A DNA stretch of 64,000 nt from Amoebidium appalachense (Eukaryota > Protista > Ichthyosporea): positions 2,728,001 to 2,792,000 of the forward strand of contig CAVNZM010000010.1 in the NCBI GenBank assembly GCA_963693365.1, in the 5' to 3' direction. The notes under the pieces were generated by a model. It saw only the letters and a program-made list of their open reading frames with translations, had not been told where the DNA came from and ran no database searches. A program made the position numbers and the translations under genes. The first letter of the stretch is position 1. Each line of letters starts with the position of its first letter. This document shows, piece by piece, positions 13,093 to 28,024 of this stretch.

Positions 13093-14948
13093 ACACACAC
13101 GCGCGACACCACCCAAACACACACCCAAGCACGCATAATTAATCGATTCCGCACACAAGCACTTGATAGCTTTGTACACTACACACACACGCACGAACAC
13201 AAGCACATACTTTCCTATCCCCAAAGCTCCCTCCTCCCCATCCTGGACTGTTCCTTTAACCCCCCATCCCCCCCCCCCCCCCCCTGCACGCTTAAATTGT
13301 TTGATTTTAGATTTCCCACTTTTGTGACGTTTTGTTGATGCTCGTTGTTGTCTCCTCCATATTTTCAACCCTCTAACGCATACATCCCCCCCCCCCCACT
13401 CACACACACCCACACCCCCTCTCCCGTTATCTCTCCACCTGGCCTAGCTATGTCAAAAACCCTCTATGTCGTACACATGTGGCCTGGAGTGGTCTAAAGA
13501 CACACAGAATGTGCCCTCCCCCCCCCCCTCCACCCCTCGCCCTCCCCTCCCCCCCCCTCCCCCCCCTCCACCAGCCCCCCCTCCCCGCCCCCCCGGGGGC
13601 TCCCCTTCACCCTTTCCTGCACAAGTGAAGCCCCAAAAACGGAATGAGAAGTATAGGGGATAGGGCCCAGTGCTACCTAGAGGCATGGGGGCATGCAGGG
13701 CCACACTGACGCAACCCTGCACAGCTGGGCCAGGGCCCAACCCTGCTGGATGGGCGGCTGGAGGTGGCGCTGACGGGGTTTGAAAAGCACGACAGCGTGC
13801 GCAATCTGGAGCACTTCACGCTGTTCCGCATCTGCATGACCCATGGCCCCCACCAGTGGATGCTGGCCAAGCGCGAGGGTGATATCAGGGACCTGCACGA
13901 TGAGATAGCACGCCTGGCTGCACAGCAGCACCTGAGGGCCCCCGTAACCACCCCCCCCCTTGGAATCTTCACTGTTAATTCTTGGTACTGGATCTGCCTA
14001 TTCCCCTGCCTCTCCCCCCAGGGAAGCAGCAGTTACAAATATGGATGAATAGCCATTGATAGTATGTAAGGAAACAAAGAGATCCCACTTAACCTCTTCG
14101 GGCCGGGACTAATTGATTTGGCCGGCAGCCGGCCTGCTCTACAGCTCTAAACAACTCTATTGCGGCTCAAAATCGATAGGAAAAGGTCAAATAAAATTTT
14201 GAATGTCGACACTAATAAACTTACCTAAATACGTTTCTAAGTTGGGTTGGGGAAAATATCATTATTTCGTATACTTTTGTATCTGTTTCTGTGTTTCTGA
14301 AGTGACTATCTAAGGGAAATTTGCCGGTATGAACAGGTTAAGTGCCAAATATAGATACAATGCCATATACTCACACACAAACATATCCAACCTGTACCTG
14401 CAGGTAGCAGCCAAGCTGCCCAACCGGTTCCGGCTATGGCGGGCGCAGAGCATGGAGGGGCGCATGCACATGCTGCAGCAGTTCCTACAGGCAGTGGTCG
14501 ACACAAGGGATTTGCTGGACTGCCGCCCTGTCCAGAGGGTGCGCATGCACGTGCAAGAGGGGGGAGGGGGGAGGGGGGAGGGGGGAGAGGGGGATGGGGG
14601 GAGGGAGAGGGGGGGGGGAGGGGGGAGGGGGTGCTGATGGGGTGGGGGGCCTGCAGTTCTTTGGGATCAGCCGGTTTTCATTCATCAGTGAGGTGGGCTG
14701 CAAGGGGCGGGAGGGCCTTGTCAAGAAGAAGGGCGGGGGGCACAGGTTTAGGCTGTGGATCTACGACTGCTGCAGAATGACCACCAGCAGATGGGTAAGG
14801 CGGGATGGGGGAGGGGAGGGGGAGTGAGAATTCATGAGCTGACTGTTGGTCTCTTTCGGGCAGCAATGGCTGGTGCTCAAGGATTCGTTTCTGATGTACG
14901 TCAGCCCAGAGGTCGAGGAGATACGTGCCGTGCTGCTGTTTGACCCGT

Positions 14949-15008
<60 letters not shown>

Positions 15009-15036
15009 GTATGTGTGTGTGCGTGCGTGCGTGCGT

Positions 15037-15107
<71 letters not shown>

Positions 15108-15286
15108 TGTGCGCGTGCGTGCGTGCGTGCGTGCGTGCGTGTGTGCATGTACGTGCTCGTGCGCGTGTGCATGTGCGTGTGCGCGCGGGGGGGGAGGGGG
15201 GGGGCGGGGTTGATAGTGAGTTTGCCCACACATGCAGGGACGGATAGAGGGGAGATACTAAGGGGGTCCCTTATGTCCATGGAACG

Positions 15287-15377
<91 letters not shown>

Positions 15378-15937
15378 AGGGGGAGGGAGGTGGGAAGCAG
15401 GGGTGCCGGATACTGAGGGGCACAAGCAGCACGCTGCAGGTGTCAGCACACGAGGCCAGCCACCAGCTAGTGATCAGCAACGCATACAGGGACCTGACCG
15501 TGCGCACTAAGGAGAGGTATGTGGCCTGTACGGGCTGGCCGGGCTGGCTGGCTGGGTCGGTTGGGGCCTGTTCTGATTATGGAGCAGGTACCAGATGCAG
15601 GACTGGGTGGCAGCAATCAGCCAGGCCGCAACCAACAGCACATGGACCACACAGCACCCCCACGCCTCATTTGCTCCCGTGCGCCCCATGGCTTATGCTC
15701 ACTGGTACCAGGGGGGGGGGGGGGGGGGGGGGTAAGAAGAGAGTTTTGGGGCTGACCTTTAGGCCGTAGGTTTGTCGATGGGCGGGACTACTTTGCAGCC
15801 GTGTCAAGGGCCATTGAGCTAGCCCAGCAGGAGATATTCATTGCTGGTGGGTTGGCCGTGGATGTGTGTGCGTGCGTGTAAATGTGTGTGTGTGTGTGTG
15901 CGTGTATACATATGTGGGTCTGTGAGTATGTGGTCTG

Positions 15938-15975
<38 letters not shown>

Positions 15976-17039
15976 GGGGGGGGGAGGTCAGTGTGTGGAT
16001 CAGTGTTTGTGTGTCTGTTTGTGTGTTGTGTGTCTGTCTCTCTGTCAGTGTCTGTCTCTCTCTGTGTATGTGTGTTACTTATATGCCATGCAGACTGGTG
16101 GCTCAGCCCCGAGCTCTATCTGCGGCGGCCACCCTACCTCAATGAGGCACACCGTCTGGACCGCCTACTGGCTAAAAAGGCTGCAGAGGGCATCAAGGTG
16201 GGTGGGTGGGGGGGGTGGGGAGGGGGGGGGAAGGTGGGGAGGGAGTTGGGGTGGAGGGATGGGGATAAGGGGGAGGGGGAGAGACTGAGGTCAGATGGGG
16301 ATAAGGGGGAGGGGGTAAGCGTGGCGGTGGGGGTGATGGGGGAAGGGGGTAAGCGGAGGGGGAGGCAGAGAGGTTAGCCACAGCGGTTTCACGCCAGAAA
16401 GTGAGCAAGGGCCTAAGCTGTAAATTCGAGGCAGTAAGGCTTTTGGAATGGGGGCATGGCTCTTGTTGTGCTCTGTGAGCTGTATAGGGTACAGTTACAG
16501 CCGGCCCATGCTTGCAGTCACCAGGACGGGATACTGCAATAATTGCTTGTTCTTGCTGGGTGCTGGAAAAGGTGTTCTGGCTGACCTGCATCTCCTTTCC
16601 CCCCCACTCCATTTTGGGATGGGGGTGGCGTTACAGGTGTGGTAAGGGGGCTGGGGGGAGGGGGGAGGCGACTGGCGAGAAGGGGGGAAATTCTAAGGTG
16701 AATGCCATGTTGACTTTAAGGGGCATTTTTCCAGGTGTGTGTGGTGCTGTACAAGAACGTGGAGCTAGCCGTGGGCATCAACAGGTGAGGATGCATGAGT
16801 ATATGGGCGCATGGGCGCATGGTATGTGAGTGCATGGGGGCATGGGGCAGCAGGGGGTTGCTGACAGGGCGTGCAGTGTGTACAGCAAGCTGAAGCTGCG
16901 CATGGCAAACCCTAACATCAGCGTCCTGAGGCACCCAGACCACCCCCCGGATGGCGTGTGGCTGTGGGCTCACCATGAGAAGATCTGTGTTGTAGACCAG
17001 AAGTAGGGCACGTGTGTGTGTGTGCGTGTGTGTGTGTGT

Positions 17040-17109
<70 letters not shown>

Positions 17110-17217
17110 TGTGTGGGTGTGGGTGGGTGGGTGTGGGTGTGGGTGTGTATGTGTATGTGTGTGTGTGTGTGTGTGTGTCTGTGTGTGGAAGGGGGGGGGT
17201 TGGGGAGGCGTGAGTGT

Positions 17218-17248
<31 letters not shown>

Positions 17249-18897
17249 GGGGGGGGGTGCGTGTGTGTGTGCATGTGTGTGTGGGTGTGGGTTTGCAGGC
17301 TTGTGCCAAGTGTTTGTTGCGCGGGTCTGTGGGTGCATTGTGGCCATTGGCCATGCTGTTAGCACTGTTGGTTGCTGGGTCACAACAGAATGGGTGGAGG
17401 GAAAAAGCATGGGTCTCTGACAGCCATGAAAAAAACTGTTTATAGGTGCTTTTTTTATCTGGTTGCACAGCCAACTCAGCCCATTGTGCTGGTTGGTAGG
17501 TGTCTGATCACTGTTTGTTTGTCGTGCAATCCACACCTTGACCTCACACCATGTGCCTCTTGTATGCCTGTTTGTTTCTGCCATACTGTACTGATACTGC
17601 TGCAGGATTGCATTTATTGGGGGCCTGGACCTGTGCTTTGGCCGTGACGACACACCACGGCACGAGCTAGGCGATGTGTACTCGGAGGAGTATCCGGACC
17701 AGGAGAAGGTGGGGGGCATGGGGCCCGGGGGGGGGGGGGGGGGGGGGGGGGGGACAGGGACTGAATGGATTTGTGCAGAAGGGCAAGGAGACATCCAACA
17801 TCATGTTTAAGGGTGCGTGGCCCCCTGTGACGTCATGCTGCCTGCATGCATGCTCCCTGCCATGTCCCAATGTGACCTCACACATGCCCCTTGCAGTGAT
17901 CTCGGTTGAAGGCATGCCCGACCAGGTGCCCAAACCACCAGCACCCCCAGTCAGGCGCCGCCCAGGCACCACTAGAGAGGTAGGCGTGTGTGCATCTGGG
18001 GTGTATGGTGGTGTGTGTGCCTGCATCTGGGGTGTATGGTGGTGTGTGTGCATCTGGGGTGTATGGTGGTGTGTGTGCCTGCATCTGGGGTGTATGGTGG
18101 TGTGTGTGCCTGCATCTGGGGTGTATGGTGGTGTGTGTGCCTGCATCTGGGGTGTATGGTGGTGTGTGTGCCTGCATCTGGGGTGTATGGTGGTGTGTGT
18201 GCCTGCATCTGGGGTGTATGGTGGTGTGTGTGCCTGCATCTGGGGTGTATGGTGGTGTGTGTGCCTGCATCTGGGGTGTATGGTGGTGTGTGTGCATCTG
18301 GGGTGTATGGTGGTGTGTGTGCCTGTGGGGGTATTTGGTGGTGTGTGTGCCTGTGGGTGTGTGTGTGCCTGCCAGTGAGGGTGTTTGGTGGTGTGTGCGC
18401 CTGTTTTGGGGGGGTATTTGGTGTGTGTGTCTGCCTGTGGTAGTGTTTGGTGGTGTGTGTGCCTGCCTGCCTGTGAGGGTGTTAGTGGTGTGTGTGGCTG
18501 TAAGGGGGTATTTGGTGGGTGTGTGTGTCTGTCTGTGGGTTTATTTGGTGGTGCGTGTGTCTGCCTGTGGGAGTACTTCGAGCGCGTGTCCTGTGTGCCT
18601 GTGCTGGCTTGTGGGCATATATGTGTGTGTGTGTGTGTGGTGGGAATGGGCTGGCAGGTGTGCTGATAAGGGTTGGTCAGCGGTTTCGACACCTGGTGGA
18701 GAGCCGCATGTCACGTACGTATTCCCCCCCCCCCCCCCCCCCCCTCGCCAACCCCCCTCCCCCCCCCCCCCCCCCCCCCCCGCGGGGGTGTGGTGCCGTG
18801 GCTGACTGGCTTGATCAGGGGGCCAGTCGATGCCACCGAGGGAAGAGGAGCATGAGGAACATCCGACAGAGCATCGTGCTGCACGGGCCATGGCAGG

Positions 18898-18984
<87 letters not shown>

Positions 18985-19045
18985 TGTGTGTGTGTGTGTG
19001 GATGTGGTGCGTGTGTGCGTGCGTGCGTGCGTGTTGAATGTGTGT

Positions 19046-19117
<72 letters not shown>

Positions 19118-19360
19118 GCGTGTGCATGTGTGTGCGTATGTGCGCGTGATGTGTGTGTGTGTGTGTGTGGTGTGTGTGTGTATGTGTGTGTGTTTGGGTG
19201 TGTGTGTGTGTGTGTGTGTGGGGTGTGTGTGTTTGTGTGTATGTGGTATGTGTGTGTGCGGATTTGGTGTGTATGTGGTGTGTGTGTGTGTGTATGTGTG
19301 TGTGTGTGCGTGCGTGTGTGTGTGTGGTTGTGTGTGTGGGTTTGTATGCGGGTGCGCGTG

Positions 19361-19396
<36 letters not shown>

Positions 19397-20268
19397 TGAG
19401 TGTTGGATGCGTGTGTTTTGGATGTTGTGTGCGTGTTTGTGTGAGGAAGGGGGGAGGTGGGGGGGAATGGGGTTGTTGGAGTGGGAGTGAGGGAAGTGAA
19501 ATTCCACTCCAGAAATGCAGCTGGCAAGAGCAGAGGGGATGTCCGTTGACCATATTTGCAGGGGCCAAGGCACGGGCCATGGACAACTGGCGGAGGGTCA
19601 AAGAGAAGGTGGGGCTGGAGGAGGTGGGGGAGGATGAGGACGACCTGAGAGCAAACAAAGAGGCGGCAAAGTTAGATGATGATGTGCTGAGGGCACCAAC
19701 AGGTTCGTGGGATGTGTGTGGGTGTTTGTGGGGGGGGGGAGGGGGGGGGAGGGAGGGGGGGGAGAGGAGGAGGAGGGGGGGAGGGGGGGGGGGAGGGGGG
19801 GAAAGGGGTGAGGTGGGGGGGGGGGGGGGGGGGGGGGGAGAAGAGGGGAAGGGGCATGGCACAACCCCGGCATGGAGCACATGGATTTTGGTTCTGTTGG
19901 CAGTGGATATACCCTGGGTTCAAAACCCACGCACGGAGTGTTGGGGTGCAGGGCAGCGATCGCATGCCGAGGCCTTGCTGCGTGGTGGGGGGGGCAATGT
20001 GATGGCCTCCAGCGACCTGCTGCATGGCCTGCTGGACAGCCAGACGCTGGGCCCACGTGCCCTGTACTGAACCTCCCCACCCTCCCCCCGTCCCCGCCCT
20101 CCCCCCCCCCCCCCCCCCCCCCCCCCCCTCTCCCCCCCCCCTCCCCCCCCCCCCTCCCCCCGCCCCCCTTTCCCCCCCTCCCCCAGCATGTACACACCCG
20201 CTGCACTGCATGTTGCTGCTTGCTGAATGATTCCCTGCAAGTGTGTGCACGAGCAGAACACATGTGCT

Positions 20269-20352
<84 letters not shown>

Positions 20353-21397
20353 GCGGGCGGGGCAGGGGTGTGTGTGTGGGGGAGGGAGGCAGTCCTTTGC
20401 GCAGCAGCACACTATCAGGCCCATGTGTGTGCCAGGACCTAGCCATGGTACTGTGCACTGGTTCCACCATCGTGCCTGTTTCTGGGCTGCAAGCAGCCAC
20501 ACCATGCACTGACATGATATTTCAGGCGCCACACCCACACGGAGGGCACCTGGGGCAGCCACGGGAGCTCATTGGCCCGCACACGGTCCGATGGGCTGGG
20601 CCTGCAGACCCCTCAGCCCCGCAGCCTCTACAAGACACAGACGGCCCCAGCCCCCCAGGTGCAGGTGGGTGTGTGCTGGCTGGCTGGCATTAATTGCCGG
20701 GCACTGACTGTTTGGGCTGCAGCAGGCCTCCAGGCGCCACTCAATGGGCTCCATCCCCTCGGCCCGGCACCATGCTGCTGACAGCCAGGGCCAAAGACGG
20801 GCCAGTGGGGTGGAGGCTGGGGAGGGCACAGGCCACAGGGAGGAGGGCACACTGCACTCGGGGTCGATGTTTCTGAGGCAGAAGGCTCAGCAGCTGCGCC
20901 AGTGGATGAGGACCAGCGAGTGCGTGCTGGGGGGGGGGGCAGGCGGGGGTGGGGGGGGGGGGGGGTGAGAGGAGAAGGGGGGGAGGGGTTGATAGAGTAC
21001 TGAGTAGGTGGGGGCACAGGGGAGGGGGGAGGGAAACGGGGGGAGGGGGAGAGGTTTGAGGTTGATGAGGGTAGAGAGGTGCACGGGGGGGGGGGGGGGG
21101 GGGGGGGGGGGTTGGAGGGGGTTATCACCGACAAGGGCTTGCAGGGACACAGCAGGCACGCAGGAGCCAGGGCCCAGCACCCCACAGCCAGACGACAGAC
21201 GGGGCAGCCGGCCAGGGCCCATACCCGAGGAGGCCACCCAGCCCAGCCTGCACGCCAGCCAGCAGCAGCTGCCCACAGACTCATGGCTCTCGGAGGCTGC
21301 TGACGGCCCTGTCATAAGCTCTAACCGCAATAGCTGGGCACCACAAGACCAGAATAGGGAGGAGCACGAAGGTGTGTTGCGTGCGTGTGTGCGTGCA

Positions 21398-21469
<72 letters not shown>

Positions 21470-24400
21470 CTGCATTCTGTCCTTTTCTTCTTCTTCTCTC
21501 TTTCTCTTTCTTGTTTTTTTTGTTTTGGGGGGCAGAAGAGGGGGAAGCAGTGTCAGCTGACTGTTATATAGGCACAGCACGGCGCATGGTACGGCGGCTG
21601 TTCCGGCATGGGGAGGGGGAGGGGGAGGGCCAGCGGCCACTGGGCACCGCATCCATCGACCACCACCGGCTGAGGCTGGGGGCACCCATGGAGAGAAAGA
21701 ACAGCGCAGTGGGTGCGTGGCCTGGCCTTGCTGCATGCTAGCCTACCTAGATGCATGGTCACGAGGTGAAGAGGGATGGCCCGCAGCATGGGCCCAGTGC
21801 TGACTGGTGTCTAGACCTCAGCAAGCTGGATGCTGGGCGCAAGCATGCGGCCTACCACCTGCAGCTAGGCCCCAAGATGGTCGACGGGGTGCCCGTGCCC
21901 TATGACGGCAATAGCGTGCTGTTCAACAGCAGCCCTATGACCATGTATGCAGAGGGAGGAGGGGGGAGGAAGGGGGGTGCAGTGGTGTTGGGACACTGAC
22001 ATGGATGCAGATATCTGGACGAGGCTGTGAGCCAACTGGACACCATCACCGTTAGTGTCACCTCCACATGTCCAAGGGCAGGTGCGTGGGGGCCAGGGGG
22101 AGAGGGGTGGGGTGGGGTGGGGGTAGGGGGGGGAGGGGATTGGGGTGTGGGGGGAGGATGCTGAGTGTGTGGGTGGGCAGAGGATGTGGTGGTGTCTGGG
22201 CTGGTGACGCTGGGCCAGCTGGTGGTGGGCAAGGTGGCCATAGGGGAGGTGCAGCTGTGGAGGACAGTGGATGGCAGGCAGGTCCCGGCTGGGCTGATGA
22301 AGATCGAGTACACATACAACCAGGTGCGTTAAAGATAGCATGTAGGTGTTAAAGATAGTATACAACCAGGTATGTTGAAGATAGCTTGCAACTAGGTGGG
22401 GTAAGGATAGTATGCAACCAGGTGCGTTGAAGTAGCATGCAACTAGGTGTGTTGAAGAATATGCACACATGCTGCCACGTGCGTTAAAGTAGCATGCAAC
22501 TAGGTGTGTTGAAGAATATGCACACTTGCTGCCAGGTGCGTTATAGTAGCATGCAACCAGGTGTGTTGAAGAATATGCACACATGCTACCAGGTGCGTTA
22601 AAGATAGCATTTATCCAGGGGTGTTCAAGATGCACATGCAATCAGGTTTTTTAAAGATAGCATGGAACCAGGGGTGTTCAAGATGCGCATGCAATCAGGT
22701 GTGTTAAAGATAGCATGAAACCAGGGGTGTTCAAGATGCGCATGCAATCAGGTGTGTTAAAGTAGCATGCAACCAGGGGTGTTCAAGATGCACATGCAAT
22801 CAGGTGCGTTAAAGTAGCATGCAACCAGGGGTGTTCAAGATGCACATGCAATCAGTTGTGTTAAAGATAGCATGCAACCAGGGGTGTTCAAGATGCACAT
22901 GCAATCAGGTGCGTTAAAGATAGCATGCAAACAGGGGTGTTCAAGATGCACATGCAATCAGGTGTGTTAAAGTAGCATGCAACCAGGGGTGTTCAAGATG
23001 CACATGAAATCAGGTGTGTTAAAGATAGCATGCAACCAGGGGTGTTCAAGATGCACATGCAATCAGACGTGTTAAAGATAGCATGCAACCAGGGGTGTTC
23101 AAGATGCACATGCAATCAGGTGCGTTAAAGATAGCATGCAAACAGGGGTGTTCAAGATGCACATGCCATCAGGTGTGTTAAAGTAGCATGCAACCAGGGG
23201 TGTTCAAGATGCACATGAAATCAGGTGTGTTAAAGATAGCATGCAACCAGGGGTGTTCAAGATGCACATGCAATCAGGTGTGTTAAAGATAGCATGCAAC
23301 CAGGGGTGTTCAAGATGCACATGCAATTAGGTGTTTTAAAGATAGCATGCAACCAGGGGTGTTGAAGAATATGCAGACATGCAACCAGGTGCGTTAAAAA
23401 GCACACATACAACCAATGCAACCGGGTGCGTTCTAGATCCACATGTAATCTGGTGTGTTAAACTGTGTTATAAGGGCGCGCATTACAACAAAGGGCATTG
23501 AAGATTATAAGAGTGTACATGCTAGGTGTGTGAAATTAGAAATGCATTTGTGTCTGGACGTGTTAAAAAACATGCATGCAACCAGGTGTTACAAAAAAAG
23601 CATACATACAACCAGATGTGTTAAGGAGCATGCATGCAACCAGGGGTGTTACAAAAGCATACATACAACCAGGTGTGTTAAGGAGCATGCATGCAACCAG
23701 GTGTGTTAAAGAGCATACATACAACCAGGTGTGTTAAGGAGCATGCATGCAACCAGGTGTGTTAAAGAGCATACATACAACCAGGTGTGTTAAGGAGCAT
23801 GCATGCAACCAGGTGTGTTAAAAAAGCATACATACAACCAGGCGTGTTAAAGAGCATATATACAACCAGGTAAACATATGCACACAACCAATACCCACAT
23901 GGCCCTGGAATCACAGGAATGGGTGCTGACACAGGGCTGTGTTCACAGGGGCTCAAGCAGCACCCCACGTGGGTGGGCAAGGACTACTCCAACCCCTGCG
24001 TCAGAGACTTCTTTGCCCTCGACAGGCCCGACCAAGGTGCCTGTGCATGCGCAGTGTGTGTGTACTTGGAATGTCGGTGCAAGGGGGGGGTGGGTGGGTG
24101 GTGATGGTGGGGCATGTGTATTGGGGGGGGTGGGTGGGTGGTGATGGTGGGGCATGTGTATTGGGGGGGGAGGGTGGGTGGTGATGGTGGGGCATGTGTA
24201 TTGGGGGGGTGGGTGGGTGGTGATGGTGGGGCATGTGTATTGGGGGGGTGGGTGGGTGGTGATGGTGGGGCATGTGTATTGGAGGGGTGGGTGGGTGGTG
24301 ATTGTACCGGCAGGGGCTGACCTTTTGGCAGACTCGATTGACCGGTGGACCCAGCCGCGTATGCCGTGGCACGATGTGGGGCTGAGCCTGTACGGCCAGG

Positions 24401-24514
24401 CCGCTAGGGATGTGGCCCGCCACTTCATCGAGGTAGAAAAGGCCCTTCGGGGGGGAGGGGGGCTTTTGGGGGGGGTGGGGGAGAGTGGGAGGAGGACTTG
24501 AGGGGTGGTGTGCT

Positions 24515-24545
<31 letters not shown>

Positions 24546-25472
24546 TGGACTTGAGGGGTGGTGTGCTGAGGGGTGGGGGGGATCTATAGCGGTGGAACCA
24601 CGTCAAGGTGGTCAAGGCAAAGGAGGATCGCAGCATTCCATTCCTGCTGCCAAGAAAGGAGGTAATTATTATGGTCACCCCTGCATGGCAATTAGTGCCT
24701 GCCTGTGAACACATGCCCACACCCAGCACATACGAGTCAATTATACCAATCGCTCTACCCCACATGCCTGTGTGTGTGCCACCCACACCGTCAATTTAGC
24801 CGCTGGTTTCAAACAATTTTGTTTCTGACACAGTGCCAGCACTGACCCTCCCCCCCCCCCCCCCCCCCCCCCCCTCTCTCTCCCCCAGTTGCCTGACAGC
24901 ATGCCTACGCCACCACCCAGCCTGCAGATACCATATGTGCGGCTGCAGGCCCAGATCTTGAGATCCAGCGGCATGTGGTCCAACGGCATAGCCACAGAGC
25001 ACTCCATCATGGTAGTGCCCGGGCAAGGGGGAGGAGGAGAGGGGAAGGGGGGGTGGGGGGGAGGGGGGAAGGGGAGGGGGGAGGGGGGAGAGGAAGGGGG
25101 GGCATGTGGCTGACGGTTGCTGCAGAATGCCTACGTGCATGCCATAGGCACAGCCAAGCACTACATCTACATCGAGGTTGGTGCCCTCCTGCACCCCCTT
25201 ATAGTGCTTTCTGCTTGCTGGTGCATCTTCAACCCCGCTGCTCTTGCCTGTTGCCTGCTTGCATAAGTAACTCTACCATGCTCGTCTGTGATCAAGACGG
25301 GTTGGTTACCCACTCACTTTAAAGTGAAGCAGTATCTGAGTTGGGTTTCGTCGACAAGGTGAATGGGTCGAAACTTGGGCACTGTGGATGACTGGGGCAG
25401 TCAATAAGGTGTTGATTGCGCATATACTGGTTATGTGTGCTTTTTGTTCTGCATGGTGTTGTCCGTCGTATA

Positions 25473-25523
<51 letters not shown>

Positions 25524-25635
25524 AAAAAAAGAAAAAGAAAAAGAAAAGAAAAGAACGGAAAGGAAAAGAAAAGAAAAGAAAAGAAAAGAAAAGAAAAAGA
25601 GTCACGCACACAAGCTCTCTCTCTCTCACGCGCGT

Positions 25636-25709
<74 letters not shown>

Positions 25710-26018
25710 CCGGCAAGCCACTTTCTCATGTGTGGGGCACAGAACCAGTTTTTTGTGACGTCGCTTGCAGGCGAGGGTGTGCGCAACAAGATCGGGGATG
25801 CGCTGTATGAACGCATAGTGCGGGCCCACAGGGAGGGCCAGAGGTTCCGCGTCTACGTCATCATGCCCCTCATGCCCGCCTTTGAGGGTGCGTGATGGGC
25901 CCTGCCCTGGGGAGGGGGGGGGGGAGGGGGGGTACTGACTGGCAGCATGCAGGATCATTTGGCCCGGGAGGTACCTCGCTGCAGGTGGTCATGCACTGGC
26001 AGGTGAGTCATGCGGTGT

Positions 26019-26055
<37 letters not shown>

Positions 26056-26489
26056 CTGTGTGTGTGTGGGTTTGAAGGGGAGTAGGGGGGGGATGTGGAT
26101 GTGTGTTTGAAGCGGGGGGGGGAGGGGGGAGGGGGATGGGGCAGGAACTGAGTGATTTGGCTGCAGTATCTATCCATCAACAGAGGCCCCGACTCACTGC
26201 TGAAGAGGTGGGTGGGTGCTGGGGTGTGCCGTAGGGTGTTGGGGGGATGGGTTGTATGTGCATGGTCTGACTGTGGGTGCAGGCTGGAGCAAGCAGTGGG
26301 GGACTGGGGGCGCTACATCACATTCAACTGCCTGCAGAGGGCAGAGGAGCTACTGGGGTCACTGGTGGCCAACCAGGTCTACGTGCACACCAAGCTGGCC
26401 ATCATCGATGACGCCACGGTCATATGCGGCTCAGGTATCCAGCCCCCTATATGTCTCCCCCTTCCCGTGTGTGCTGGCCTGCCTCCCCG

Positions 26490-26534
<45 letters not shown>

Positions 26535-27982
26535 TTGCCGTGCATGTGCTGACGCTGCTGCAGCCAACATCAATGACCGCAGCATGCTGGGCTCAAGAGA
26601 CAGTGAGATAGCAGCAATGCTGGTCGACAATCCGGTGCACGGCATGGTACGTGGGGGGTTGTGGGGGTGGTGGGGTGTGTGTGTGGGGGGGGGGGGGGGG
26701 GGGGGGGGGGGGGAGGGGGGGGGGTCTACTGCCTGGAGGGGGGTGTGTTGGGAGGGGGTTGCTGACTGGGTGGTGTGCAAGGACACGGTGATGGACGGCA
26801 AGCCGTACCGGGCAGGGGCCTATGCTTATGGCCTGCGCAAGGTGGGTGCAAAACCGAACATGGAAGCAGGGGGAGGGATGGGTGGCTGACTCTGGGGGGC
26901 AGCGGCTGTTTGGAGAGCACCTTGGGCTGGGGGAGAGTGAGGCCGGGCAGGATGTGGTAGGCGATGAGTTCTACCACGGGGTGTGGGCTGCACGGTCACG
27001 CAGCAACAGCCAGATCTTTGAGGGCGTGTTCCGCAGGGTGCCCAACAACACCGTCAAGAACTTCGATGAGGTGTGTGTTTGTGCAATGTGCATGCACGTG
27101 CAAGGGCTGCTGATGGCTGGTTGGGGGCATGAAGCATGGGCAGAGTATTGGGCACCCACAGGGAGGGGTTGGGGGGGTTGGGGGGGTGGGGGGAGGGGGG
27201 AGGGGGGACTGGCAGCCCATGGTGTCACCATGCTTGCATGGGCCATGCGTGTATGTGGGCCCTTCTGTGTCTGCAGTGATTGGCTGTCGGAGATTAAGTT
27301 TGCTGTCAAAAAGACGGTCTAATATATGTGCGGCAAGTCATGCACACCCATTTGAAGGGCATTTGCGCCCGACCAATTGAGGCCAATCGGGACGTTATTC
27401 CGGAAAGAAAAGGCGGAATCTAACTGGCCTGAGGTATACATATGTATTACTGAGGTATTTGATGCTAGTTGATGATTGAAGTTAATGTAAAAAAAGGGGG
27501 GAACAAAAGTCGAGGGTTTCATATTTTTTATTTTTTTTTGGGAAATGTGCAGTCGCTCTTGCCTCGTTTATCAAGTCGAAGCGCAGACATGTATCGGTTC
27601 TAAGGGCGACCGGATGACTCTGAGCCAATCAAATTACTTGTCGCACCAGATGCCAAATTTATACCAAGTGCCACAGGCCCACACCATAGGTGGTACATGG
27701 AGGAGGATGGCACGATTGCAGGGCACGTGGCCATGCACACCACCACGTGGTAGGATGCTGTGCACGTGTACACACACACTGCAACTATATGAGGCACACG
27801 GCCAGCTCACACATGCCCCCACAGCTGGCCAAGTGGAGGCAACAGCCCATCCCTGCAGAGACAGACAAGGACCAAGGTTCGTGCGGGCATGACCTGCATG
27901 CACGTGTTTCTTTCTTTTTATTAATTGTTTATTTATTGCCTTAATTTTTTTTTGTGTGTGTGTTTCTGGTTTTTTTTTTTTT

Positions 27983-28024
<42 letters not shown>

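Noticed and set aside
17640-17652. PLD GRDD instead of GR(W/Y)D after HKD1 as a sign of inactivity
   Set aside because: Single substitution, possibly a sequencing error; both HKD motifs are intact.
22312-23872. CRISPR-like appearance of regularly spaced repeats
   Set aside because: No unique spacers, no cas genes, and it lies in a eukaryotic intron.
27254-27682. Possible MITE in the last part of PLD (TGTGGGCC/GGCCCACA)
   Set aside because: Only an 8-bp inverted match and no TSD; insufficient support.
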